DNA from: Sphyrna mokarran
Taxonomy: Eukaryota
NCBI GenBank assembly: GCA_024679065.1
Contig: JAGIQG010000004.1
Location: forward strand, 62,806,001 to 62,870,000
Reading direction: 5' to 3'
Length of the DNA stretch: 64,000 nt
Position 1 is the first letter of the stretch, and every line of letters begins with the position of its first letter. A program made the position numbers and the translations under genes. This document shows positions 37,980 to 49,574 of the stretch, in pieces. The notes beneath the pieces were generated by a model, which saw nothing but the letters and a program-made list of their open reading frames with translations, ran no database searches and was not told the DNA's origin.

Positions 37980-39585
37980 TAGTAGATAAGGAGGATAAGG
38001 AGGATGAAGTAGATAAGGAGGATGTGCTCGATATTCTTGAGGACATGAAGTTAGATAAGTCCCCTGGGCCGGACGGAATTTACCCTAGGATTCTCTGGGA
38101 GGCAAGAGAGGCTCTGATCTTCAGGTCGTCATTGGTTACAGGTATAGTGCCGGAAGACTGGAGGATAGCGAATGTGGTCCCATTGTTCAAGAAGGGGAAT
38201 AGAGACTTTCCTGGGAATTATAGACTGGTGAGTCTTACTTCTGTTGTGGGCAAAGTATTGGAGAGAATTATTAGGGATAGGATTTATAGTTATTTAGAGA
38301 GAAACAAATTGATTGGGGATAGTCAGCATGGTTTTGTGAAGGGTAGGTCGTGCCTTACTAACCTTATTGAGTTTTTTGAAAAAGTGACCAAAGAGGTGGA
38401 TGGGGGTAAGGCAGTTGATGTGGTATATATGGACTTTAGTAAGGCGTTCGATAAGGTGCCCCCTGGAAGGCTTCTGCAGAAAATGCAGATGTATGGGATT
38501 GAGGGTGATTTAGCTAATTGGATTAGGAATTGGCTAGCTGATAGAAGACAGAGGGTGGTGGTTGTGGGAAATTATTCATCATAGAGTTCGGTTACAAGTG
38601 GTGTACCTCAGGGATGTGTTTTGGGGCCCCTGCTGTTTGTAATTTTTATAAATGATCTGGATGAGGATACTGAAGGATGGATTAGTAAATTTGCAGATGA
38701 CACCAAAGTCGGAGGAGTGGTAGATAGTGAAGAGGGGTGTAATAGTTTGCAGAGAGACTTGGACAAGTTGCAGAGCTGGGCCGAGAGGTGGCAAATGGAG
38801 TTTAATGCGGGGAAGTGTGAGGTAATTCACTTTGGCAGGAATAACAAATGTGTAGAGTATAGGGCTAATGGTAGAACTCTTAGTAGTGTTGATGAACAGA
38901 GGGATCTTGGTGTATATGTGCATAGATCCCTGAAAGTTGGCAATCAAGTCGATAAGGTTGTTAAGAAGGCATACGGAGTCTTAGCTTTTATAGGTAGGGG
39001 GATTGAATTTCGGAGCCGCAACGTCATGTTGCAACTGTACAAAACTCTAGTGCGGCCGCACTTGGAGTATTGTGTGCAGTTCTGGTCCCCGCATTATAAG
39101 AAACATGTGGAGGCATTGAAGAGGGTACAGAGGAGGTTTACCAGGATGTTGCCTGGTATGGAGGGCAGGTCTCATGAAGAGAGGCTGAGGGATTTGAGGT
39201 TGTTTTTGTTAGATGGAGGCGGCTAAGAGGAGACCTTTTTGAAACATATAAGATGATTAGAGGTTTAGATAGGGTGGACAGTGACAGCCTTTTTCCTTGG
39301 ATGGTGAAAGCTAGCACGAGGGGACATAGCTTTAAATTAAGGGGTGATAGTTATAGGACGGATGTCAGAGGTAGGTTCTTTACCCAGAGGGTGGTAAGGG
39401 TATGGAATGCCCTGCCTGCTGCAGTTGTAGATGCGCCAAGTTTGGTGGCGTTTAAGAGGTTAGTAGATAAGTTTATGGATGAAAAGGGAATGGTTTAGGT
39501 TAGAGGGTCATTGCTTTTTCTTAATTGGTCGGCGCAACATCGAAGGCCGAAGGGCCTGTTCTGCGCTGTAATGTTCTATGTTCTA
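37980..39585 (+). mobile_element. 5'-truncated CR1 (subfamily 'A'), RT region
   Basis: ORFs 37949, 38621 and 39253 carry RT motifs; tail at 39585; micro-duplications gtagataaggaggat at the 5' junction. Confidence 0.95.
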
Positions 39586-40211
39586 AATTGTTGCGAGCTC
39601 AGATGTGTGTGTAACCTTACTCCAACGCCGAAGAAAGGATATCCAAAAGAAAGCTCATACGATTGTTATGAAAGGAGCTTCAATAATCTTTCCTTCAGTC
39701 AGAGAACGGCCATGTTTAGTAATTTATTTATGTTTCATATACGTATTACGCAAATCACAGCATGAGTGACGAAGGAAAATGTGTCAACGTCATGTTGATT
39801 TTGGCTTGGTTAGTGCAATTTCCTATCTCCATGAGGAAAAAGTTACACCTGCTTTTACTGACGGTTCAGCGCGCGCACGTCTTTTACAAGCTGGTGTGAA
39901 AGCCATGGATAGTGACTTTTAATTTCTTGTCCGTTCCTCCACAATTATCGAGGAAGTACCAGGTCGTCTCCGTCGCGGGGAATTTTGTGCCGCTCTGGCT
40001 ACAAATAATTATGAGAGCTAAAATAAGCAAGTTATGCTTATTATGATATGATAAACAAGTCTGATTATTATGTTATGATAAATAAGTCTGATTTTCGCTT
40101 CATGTTATAAAATCCCTACTCGATACTTCTTGTATAATTGTGAAGTATTTCGTTATTGATGAATTAGCAGAAAGGAAACAAATTGACATATTGGAACGTT
40201 GTCTTCAATAC

Positions 40212-41169
40212 TTTATTCAATCTCAAAACCATGTTATAACGCATGCATCTTCACTAATAATTTAGCTGGTTGTGTTTGCATGGGGACCCCGCGGAACACT
40301 AAATCAACCTATTGAACGTTAGTTTTAACTGCACAATCAAAGTAATTGAACCAGGAGCATTCGCAGTTGCTGAATTTTGGAGGTTGGACACATTAGAAAA
40401 AAATCGTTTACAAGGCGATGATCGTAGGTACTACAAACCACATTGCGAGGGCATTTTTGATATTTTGAATCATTAATTCTTTAATTTAGCTCATTAATTA
40501 TGTAACAAACTTTTTTTAAGAAAAGAGCCACACCAACTGACAAAATACCAGTTTATGTTGACAATTATTCCAAGCAGTGATATTACATGTCACAAAGACC
40601 GTCACAAAATATTCATATTGCAGGCGACCCAAAAATTAGTGCATCAAATTTGATTATGTACGAGACGGAAACACGATTTTTTTTAAAAAATTCAGTAAGG
40701 AAAAAGTTATTAGAGTAGGCGGGAAAGTGAAGTTAGATATTATCATGTCAGATCAGTTCTGATGTAACCAGGGAAGGCTAGATGCGCCGAATGCAGTATT
40801 TCTGCCCATGTGTTTTAAAATCTAAAACGAAAATCAGGTAATCTTCAAGCTCAGGAATTAAGTATTAATATTTTAAAAAGCTGCCAGGAATTAACAGTTT
40901 CATGGTAACCAGGCCCGTGTTAAGTGCGACATTGGACTATCCCCACAAAAGAAATCAAAGGGATCATTGGACAAGGCAGCAATGTAGTGACTGGACCCAC
41001 TCCATCCAACGAGATAAGCAACTTTCTGTTATATGTAATCGGTTTTCGGGTTAGTCATATATTCCCTCGATCGCGAGGCAGATGTTTCAGTCTTGACATT
41101 TGCTCCTTAGTAAGAAATTGTGCCTCCAATGTCACAAGCGAATGAAAGACCACACAATCTTATCAATAT
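40212..41169 (-). other. Candidate non-coding terminal (3'UTR) exon of gene B
   Basis: The strong donor right after the stop (42334) requires a downstream exon. A good acceptor ttttttctgtcgtttcgttgatttag ends at 41170, and there is an AATAAA on the minus strand at 40217-40212. The end point is uncertain. Confidence 0.35.
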
Positions 41170-41977
41170 CTAAATCAACGAAACGACAGAAAAAATAGTA
41201 TTGGATATGTTAAATCGTTTGAATAAGTTTGACATTTTAACCAGTGCTACATTTGTTATCTTGTTTTGTAACCAGTAGCATTCTCGCAAATAATTTTCAC
41301 ATTGTCAGTCATTAAATTGTCACCTTTATATCAGCATATGGCGTCACATTCTGGATTTTAATTATTAAGACACTTTTCCGCCGTAGATGTTCTAATTTTG
41401 AATGCCCACAATATTAGCCTTTGTAAAAAAATACTTCAAGTAATAAAATTAAATTAATATTTGTAGGTTTTGAGGCTTATACGAAAAGAATAAACTTTAA
41501 ATAACTCTACGCCATATCCATAAATGAACACAATACGGTGATGAATTTAAATTGTTAGAAGAGAAGCTGTAGCAGATAAGTAAATTGTTGTTCTCAGCTT
41601 TTTACTTTAATTAGTTAAAACAACACCTTTATGATGTTTTTTTTTCTTTTTAGGAAGCTATGAAATTGATTAAAATATGTGTAAAGTGGACGATTCTTCC
41701 AAAAGTATTTTCCAAAATAGTACAGCAATTTTCACTGCTCCTCATATATTTCGACATTGTTCCCCACAACTACTTATTTATATAAGCACCTTGCTGTCAT
41801 GTTATGAAGAATACTTCACAATTAAGATAAATTTCTCCTTTAAGACAACATGACACTCTTTGATAGCTCAGATAAATTTAGAGTTGAAGCTTTGGCTTTA
41901 ATGACTAGCAATGAACAATGCACGAGCATGTTCGTATGCAACATTTTTTTAAGAACGCATCCGTTTGTAACATTGTA

Positions 41978-42102
41978 GATAGTAAACTCGCTATTTGATA
42001 GTAAGCGAGTTTACTATCAAATAAATCGGTTGGATTTAAAACTGGAGTTGCCAGACTTCTTACTGTGTTTACCCCAGTCCAACGCCGGCATCTCTACATC
42101 AC
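41978..42102 (+). repeat. Perfect hairpin abutting a repeat terminus (Penelope-like end, tentative)
   Basis: 15-bp perfect inverted repeat at 41978-41992 / 42004-42018, followed by aaataaatcggttggatttaaaactgg...ccagtccaacgccggcatctc. Confidence 0.5.
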
Positions 42103-42114
42103 ATCTGCTTGGGC

Positions 42115-42282
42115 ACACAGAAGCAGAATTTAACTGGGCTAATTCACGTAATCAACACGACTTTCAGGCTGCTAGGTGAAACCAGAGGACCTGGCGGAAA
42201 CCCACGCGTACACAAGGACAATGCGCGGACTCCACACAGACGGTGACCACCGGAGCCCCAGGCACTGTGAGAAAGCACCATG
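42115..42282 (-). mobile_element. Degenerate V-SINE
   Basis: Minus-strand tgtgtggagtccgcgcattgtccttgtgtacgcgtgggtttcc. Confidence 0.65.
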
Positions 42283-42336
42283 GGTGAAACGCGCAAATGT
42301 TCTATCCCATACTCTGTAATAATGTTTTTCTTACCT

Positions 42337-42443
42337 TTAAAATGGGCACCTTTTGAAATGGAGCACAATGATAATTGCCAGGATGAGAATCACGATGAAT
42401 CCGAACACAAAACGAGGAATCAGAGCAACGTAGAGCCTATGAA
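42337..42443 (-). CDS. Gene B exon 4: transmembrane segment containing Arg, short tail and stop
   Basis: Acceptor ttctgtatgttag, phase 1: VHRLYVALIPRFVFGFIVILILAIIIVLHFKRCPF*. TAA at 42339-42337 is followed by AG|GTAAGA. Joined CDS is 58+321+300+107 = 786 nt (261 aa). Confidence 0.85.
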
Positions 42444-43029
42444 CTAACATACAGAAATCATAGGAATCGTCAGTTCATTGTAAGTGGCATGTTTCGGCTA
42501 CAATAAAATGAGACAGACAAATTTATAATTTCAATCTGTATGTGAATTTTGAATCAGGAAGGGAATAAAATGTTAATGTTCCGCCATATGTTCCCATTGC
42601 ATTAAAAACGGGAGCGTTGAGTTAACATAGGACAATGGAAGGATGAAGAAATCAGTCCACATGAAATCATCTACGCTCCGCGATTTGTCAAGTTCAGCAA
42701 ATCCAAGCAAATTGCAATTATGCCTCAAAGGTATATCTTATTTATATCTAACAGAGTTAATAATTTGCTAGTTACCTAATTACAAGATCACTTTTTTGCA
42801 CTTGAAATATTCGCCTGACCCCCGCATCACACCGCACAACCTCGTGTAATATTTTTCACTTTATCTTGAAAAGTACAGCTATAGAAGACTTTGTTTTTGG
42901 TAGTAACATTAATGTTCATGGAACTAAGGTCTCAGTAGACTTGGTGGAATTAGCTGTTTTTCTTTGTTTTGCGCAATTTATGCGCATAGTTGAAAAAATG
43001 ATTTCAATTTTTATGTTTTATTTTCAGCA

Positions 43030-44790
43030 TATGGATCAAATTATAGGCTTCAAGAACTTTACTAAGAATGGTAAATTGTGTCTGCAAAATGAGGCATGGT
43101 TAGTAAGTTTGCGGATGACACCAAGATTGGTGGCACAGTTGACAGTTAATGCAAACTAACCTCCCATCCATTGACTCTGTCTACACTTCTCGCTGCCTCG
43201 GCAAAGCAGCCAGTATAATTAAGGACCCCGCGCACCCTGCACATTTTCTCTTCCACTTTCTTCTATTGGGAAAAAAAATACATTGATTTCAGGTCACTTA
43301 CCAACCGTCTCAAAAACAGTTTCCGCCCTGCTGCTGCCAGGCTTTTGAATGGACTTATCTTGCACTAAGTTGATCTTTCTTTACACCCTAGCTATGACTG
43401 TAAGACTGAATTCCGTACTCTGTTTTCCTTCTATATGAAGGGTATGATTTATCTGTATAGGGCGCAAGAAATAATTGTCACATGTTAATACATGTGATAA
43501 TAATAAATCAAGTCAGATCAAATCAAAAAAGTTATATGGGTTTGCAATCGAATATTGATCAATTGGACCAATCGGCTGATGATTAGTGGATGGAGTTTTA
43601 TTTAAATAAATGTGAGGTGATGCATTTTAGTAGATCAGCCGAGGGCAGGACCTATTCAGTTTATAGTAGAGCGTTGGGGAGAGATATAGAACGAAGAGAT
43701 CTAGGAGTACAGGTTCATAGTTCCTTCAAAATGGAATCACAGGTGGACAGAGTGATGAAGAAGGCATTCGGCATTTTAGGTTTCATTGGTCAGAATATTG
43801 AATGCAAGAGTTGGACATCTTGTTTACGTTGTACGTGATATTAGTAAGACCACACTTGGGATACTGTGTACAGCTCTGTATATACTACCATAGAAATCAT
43901 ATTAATAAACTAGGAAGACTGTATAAAAAATTTACGAGGATGCTATCGGGATATGATGGATTTAGCTATAAGGAGAGGTTTGATAGAATGAGATTTATAT
44001 ATTTCTTTTCACCTGGAGGAAGGAGGCTTAAGGGTGATCTTACAGAGGTCCATAAGATGATGAGGGACATAGATCAGCTGGATAGTTAACATATTTTCGC
44101 CAAAACAGTGGAGCCTAAAACTAGAGGCTGTACGTTAAAGCTGAGAGAGAAGAGTCACAAAAGTGTCCAGAGGGTGGTGAATATCAAGCCGATCGATGTA
44201 GTAGTGAAGTCAAGTACAATTTTGTCTTTTGAAAAGCATTTAGAAAGTTACATTGGTAAGGCATATAGATACGTATGATCCAAATGCGGGCAATCGAGAA
44301 AAGAGCGACACGGGCAAGCTGTGCCGAAGTGCCTGTTTCCATGTTGTAACCCTCTGTTACTTTGTGACTCTACCGGGATTTGATGGTTTGAGGTACAAGG
44401 AGAGGTTGGATTGATTGGGACTCTTTTCCCGGGAGCACCTGAGACATCCGGGTGATTTATAGGGGCCTATAAAATATTAAGCGGAATAGATAAGGCAGAT
44501 AATCAACACCATTCCCCAAGGTAGGGGAGTCTAAAACAGGAGGTCATAAGTTTAAAATGAGAGCGGAGAGATGCAAAGGGATCTAGAGGTACATTTCTTT
44601 CACTCAGTGCGTGTCTGGAACGAGCTGTCAGATGCAGTTGCGTGGTGGTACGGTTTTGTCTTTTAAGACGCAGTTAGATAGTTCGACAGCTACATGTGTA
44701 AGCTGGGTATAGAGGGATATGGGCCAAACGTGGGAACTTGGGACTAGGTTAGGTGTGAAAGGCAAGGGCAGCATGGACAATTTCCAGGTG
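43030..44790 (+). mobile_element. Old CR1 fragments (two 3' ends) with a nested Rex1/Babar fragment (43150-43527)
   Basis: SKFADDTKIGG at ~43100 is interrupted by a Rex1 C-terminus and AATCA tail, resumes with MEFYLNKCEVMHF; a second CR1 end lies at 44370-44790. Confidence 0.75.
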
Positions 44791-45054
44791 AAAATCCTTG
44801 CGTTATCTATTCACCTACAGTTCATGAAGTGCAAGATAATCACAGAGATGCGAATTAAGGCTTCAACTGGATTTACTTAACGTCCTAAACTGGCGATTTT
44901 GGAATTTGGAGGCATAATAACAAATGTCCTACTTTATCCGATAAACAGACTTAACAAGTTAGCTTTGAGACGTCCTAACAGAAAAACATGATTTGCGTTC
45001 TGGTTTTAGAGCATTCTAATGCGATAGGCAAGATTATCTTATATAAACATAGGC

Positions 45055-46150
45055 GTAGAAAACATAAATAAGAGGAATAGGAATAGGCCATTCGGCACTT
45101 CAAACCTCTATCTCCATTCATTCTGAGCATGGTATTTCCTTCAAGTCAGTAACCTGATCTGCCCTTCCCCATATCCTTTGATCCCATTATCCATAAAAGC
45201 TAAATAACTCCTTCCTAAAATCGTGCAATATTTTTCGCTTCAACTGCTTTCTCTGGTAGCGTGTTGCAGAGGCTTGCCGCTCTCGAGGTAAAGAAACGTC
45301 GCCTCAAATGAGTGTTTTTCTTTTTAACCCCGTATCTTTAGACTATGCCCCATGTTTCTGGACTCCCCCAACATTAAACTCCACTTTCTCTACCATAATA
45401 TTTGTCCTTTTAGAATTTTCAATGTTTCTATAAGGTTCGTCCTGCTCATTATTTTGTACTCGAGCGAGCAAACTCTTAGCCGAATAAATCTCTCCTCATT
45501 ACTGAATCCCTCTATCCCGGCAATAAGTCTAGCAAACTCCTTCTGTAGCAAGAACTCCGTTCCTCAGATAAAGAGACAAAAGCTGAATACAGTATTCAAG
45601 GCGTTGAATACTGTATATACAGGAGTCCTGTATATTTACCGCAAAACATGCTTGCTTCTCTAATGGCATTCTCTATGTGGCCATAATGCAATTTGTCTTG
45701 TTTACTGTCTGATGCACATACATGCTTATCTAGAATGATTAATGTACTATTTCAGCCAAATTTCGTTGTACATTCCCCTTTCAGTCTAAAACCTCTCAGA
45801 TCATATTTTGTCTTCCAGCTTTTGCTACCACACCACCCTGAACCGCGATGCATTTGCCCACTCAATCATTTTTTTCCAAATCTTTGCATCCCCATCAAAA
45901 CTCGTCCTCCTACCCAGTTTTGTATCATCTGCAAAATTCGAGATATTTCATTTAGTTCCATAATTTAAATCGTCCATATATGTTGTGAATATCTGAATTC
46001 CCAGCACCGATCCCTCCTGTGCTCCACTAGTCAATGCCTGCCTTTCGGGAAAAATAAGATCCATCTATTCTTTGTTTCCTGTACGCCAACCAGTTTTCTA
46101 TTCATCTCAATATACAGTCCCCAATTCGAAATACTTTTATTTTGAACGAG
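45055..46150 (-). mobile_element. Old CR1 3' fragment
   Basis: Tail-like taggccattcggc and reverse-strand FADDTK (tttgtatcatctgcaaaat). Confidence 0.65.
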
Positions 46151-46758
46151 GTAATAAGCATAAGAAAATAAATGTCAACATTGAATAGCTATGGTCGACC
46201 TTTCTTGGATAGAAGGAGAAGTCGGCTAAGGAATCATGAACCATAGAATAGAAGGACATTTCTGTATTACAGCTACTGTTCACGGCTTTCGGGAATATTT
46301 AAAGAGGAAGGATTGATTAAGGACTGCAGCTGTAGAGCAAACAGATGCAATTTCTACAAGCAAATGTTATTTTCAATGGACAAAGGAACAGGGTTATTTC
46401 CTTTGACAAGTAATTTGATGCAGGTAGAATATTGGGCACAAAGGACCGGTGTTTTCGAAAATTATTCAGGGAAGTGGAACGACAGAACTGGAAACAGAAA
46501 ATTCTGAGTCTAGATGGGCTTCTACCATTTAGCAATGGTTTTAATGAGTACTCCAACAACAACGGCCGTGTGCAGAGTTGAAATCTGTCAGTGTGAGAAG
46601 AATGATAGTTGAATTATAATAAGTGCACGATACCCCATGAGACGCCTTATATGTAAAGGCATTACTTCCAGTACCGATGAATCATGCTGTCTAGCCTCAT
46701 TAATAATCTGTAAATAAATAGTCTTAATAATACTGGTTTGCTCTACTATTTGTCTCAC

Positions 46759-47058
46759 CTTTCCAACTTAGAACATTGAAGGTGGCATTAACCGGAATAG
46801 TAAGCGTGCGATGAGTTACTTGGCACGTTACGTAACGGACAGTTCGAGTGACAACCAAATAGCTGATAAGTTCATAAAGTCCTTCGGAATTTAGATATTT
46901 AAATGTGTTTATCCCAGTTGCAATACGAAAGCCATCCTTATACCACGTTACATTGATATCATCCGGGTAAAAAGCCGCCGTTTTACAAGAAATATTTAGA
47001 AATTCGGATGTATTATTCGCAAGTAACTCGGACTTAATGCTCAACGGATTTGGAGGAA
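46759..47058 (-). CDS. Gene B exon 3: C1-set Ig domain
   Basis: Acceptor ttttattttgcag, donor G|GTGAGA, 300 nt, phase 1-1, open. Translation VPPNPLSI...NISCKTAAFYPDDINVTWYKDG...GLYELISYL...VTCQVTHRTL carries the C1 signatures CxxxxFYPxxIxVxW and CxVxH. Confidence 0.93.
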
Positions 47059-48576
47059 CTGCAAAATAAAACAAAGCAGACGTATTACAACGACTGTGTT
47101 CATCTTTGCTGTGTAACCAACATTTTGTCCAGTCATTAGATTTGCACTGACCTTAAATTGTCTGTGATACTTTACACTAGCGTTCACTACGATTAGAGAG
47201 CAAATATTGCACCCTTTAAAAGGTATGGAGAAACAGTGTGAGGAATGCAAACAGCTGTGCATCTCTGTTATGCATTAAGTTCAATACAAAGAAAACATAT
47301 AACTTTTTTCTAAACCCAAGGAATGTTCGCTGCTGTATCCAATTCAATGGAAACACACAAAGTCAAATTGCGAGCAAATAAATGCATTATTAAGGAAAAG
47401 TGACGAATGAGACAGAACAAAATCGAACATTTGCATTGTACTAATATCTTCCTAAATTGCTAAAAATAATTAAAATCTGAATGAATGTACGATCGGTATA
47501 TTAATCGTTGCAAGAGAGACTGCAGAATGAAAATATTCTTTGCTTGAGTTCTGAATTGCTTGCACGGATTTAGTAGTTACGATTGAATTAAGTGTAACGC
47601 ACTAATGCTTTTCCACTGCGGTCAATCTTGGAGAGCTACAATTTAACCGCAACTGCTGGAGAAAACGCTCTCTGCGAGAGAAAAAAAAATCCCAATATCC
47701 TTGTTTGACTGTTCATAGCTGGTGGATCAAATTTGCTCCCCCATTAACAAAGGGAAGTCTTATTATGCAACGCCGTCAAATGTAAAACGAGATCCACTCT
47801 TAAGTGATGAAGATTCACAAGGGACTAATCGATAGAAGAGGAAACAACAATTAGCATTTTAATCCAGGGCACTGAAAATAGAATTATAACTAATTCTCCA
47901 AATTAATGTTTGAGATATTCCTGGATAAAATATGCCATAGTTGTCTGATTTTCGGTACACTGTTGGATTTTATTTTTCGTTACTGAAAGCCCGGTGTGCA
48001 ATGCAGTCTATAAAGTATCGAGGGGATATTTTCAAGAACAATAGTTTTCCTTCCGAATGGCTAGATTTTCATGTTGGCCGATGCAGGGTTGGAAGCCAAG
48101 TAGTAGTTCTATCACACGACATGTCCCAATGCATTTTATTAACTTCAATTGAAATACAAATCACAAGAGCGTAAAAGGTGCTACAAATTCTTTATATTCC
48201 ACTTTGGCGGGAAGTCAAGATTTATGGCAACTTCTTCATCAATCGAATAGCAATGAATTTGAATTTCAGTTCTCACACACAACCCTGAATGAATTGAATT
48301 GTTATCACAGTGGAAATCGCTTTATATCGGCTTAATATTTTGTTGTTTCTACTATCCCACCCACACACACACCTTTGACTTTTTATGTTATTTTGCAGCA
48401 CAGCATTAAAACTTGGAGTATAATTTTCAGTTGCAATGCAAAGAGCGGATCGATCGCAAATGTTTCTCATCAGAGGTATTGAAAACAATAAGCAATGAAC
48501 ATATTCATTTAATACGTATTCGATTTCACTTGTTATGAATTATAAAATTAATGATGTGTGACCGATTTTCGCTTAC

Positions 48577-48897
48577 CGTAGACAACAAGCTTCGACCCAG
48601 TTCCATTTGCAAAGAGGCGATCCCGATGTTTTACTCCGCAGTAATAGACCCCTGAGTCCCCGGCGTAGAGCTTCAGGAGCTGAAGAGAGGCTTCGCCTTT
48701 CTTCAAAAGACGAGTTACTTTTCTGCTGTCATTTCGTGACTGTAGAAAGTCAGTATCATCCAGTTTCCACCAATATATATTCACATTCGAAATGTCATTA
48801 AAAAGAGGAAATGCGCAATAAAAGGTAACGTTTTCACCTGCTAGCCGGTGAGCACTTTCGGGCGCTTGGGACACTTTTACCTGACCATTAGCAACAT
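48577..48897 (-). CDS. Gene B exon 2: V-set Ig domain with germline-encoded J-like G strand (VJ-type)
   Basis: Acceptor ttcttcctcacag, donor G|GTAAGC, 321 nt, open. Translation VKVSQAP...NVTFYC...IYWWK...ASLQL...DSGVYYC...FANGTGSKLVVY has B-strand Cys, C-strand Trp, DxxxYxC and GxGSxLxV. Confidence 0.93.
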
Positions 48898-49084
48898 CTG
48901 TGAGGAAGAAATGTAAACAATAAAAATCATCTATAGCACGAAAAAAAAGGGAAAAAAAAAGAAAGATTTTGTGCCGATCGGAGAGATGAGGCTTAGCAAG
49001 GGTTTGGGGAGGGGGGAAGGTGTTCGGTTGGAAGGGAAGGTATGTTCGGAGGGGGAGTGGGATGGCAAGGTGTCAAATACATAC

Positions 49085-49142
49085 CTGCTTGAATAATGAC
49101 GAGAACATTTACATATAAATGCAAAACAGCGTCCAGAAGCAT
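49085..49142 (-). CDS. Gene B exon 1: signal peptide of a VJ-C1 Ig-superfamily receptor
   Basis: ATG at 49142 gives MLLDAVLHLYVNVLVIIQA+G, then the phase-1 donor G|GTATGT. 58 nt; hydrophobic leader. Confidence 0.85.
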
Positions 49143-49574
49143 TTCCAACAATAGAAACTATCAGTTCGCCTCTCGGTGAACCTTAAGCCTAGCTTGTTCC
49201 GAAACAGCATACACAGTTAACTCGCCAAGTTGAGTCCACGTGCTGTCCGTGTAGTGAATGAGGCAAGGCATCAGATAAGGGAACGGTTAGTCCTGAGCAT
49301 AGTACGTAGTCAGCACATTTGAATAATTACTCGTAAGTAACCGCAAAGATTTGCTTCTGAGCTGATTAACCTAATGGTCGACGTGGAAAACGTGATCGAA
49401 ATGGATAATTAAACTGATATTCATAATCAAATATAAGTGGCTATGAAATTGAAAATATTACTTCAGCACTGAATTATATTTTAAATTAGTTCAGCGGGTT
49501 CAACATCTTTGCTCAAGTGAAGTATGTGATAAATAAAAATTGGTGTGCATTCATTAAACAAATTGCCTCGGGAA

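Noticed and set aside
46759-48897. Calling gene B a TCR or Ig light chain, or assigning the symbols SIRPA, NCR3 or NCR3LG1
   Set aside because: No RSS, no separate J, no connecting-peptide Cys or TCR TM pattern, and the domain count differs from SIRP and NKp30. Orthology cannot be established by eye.
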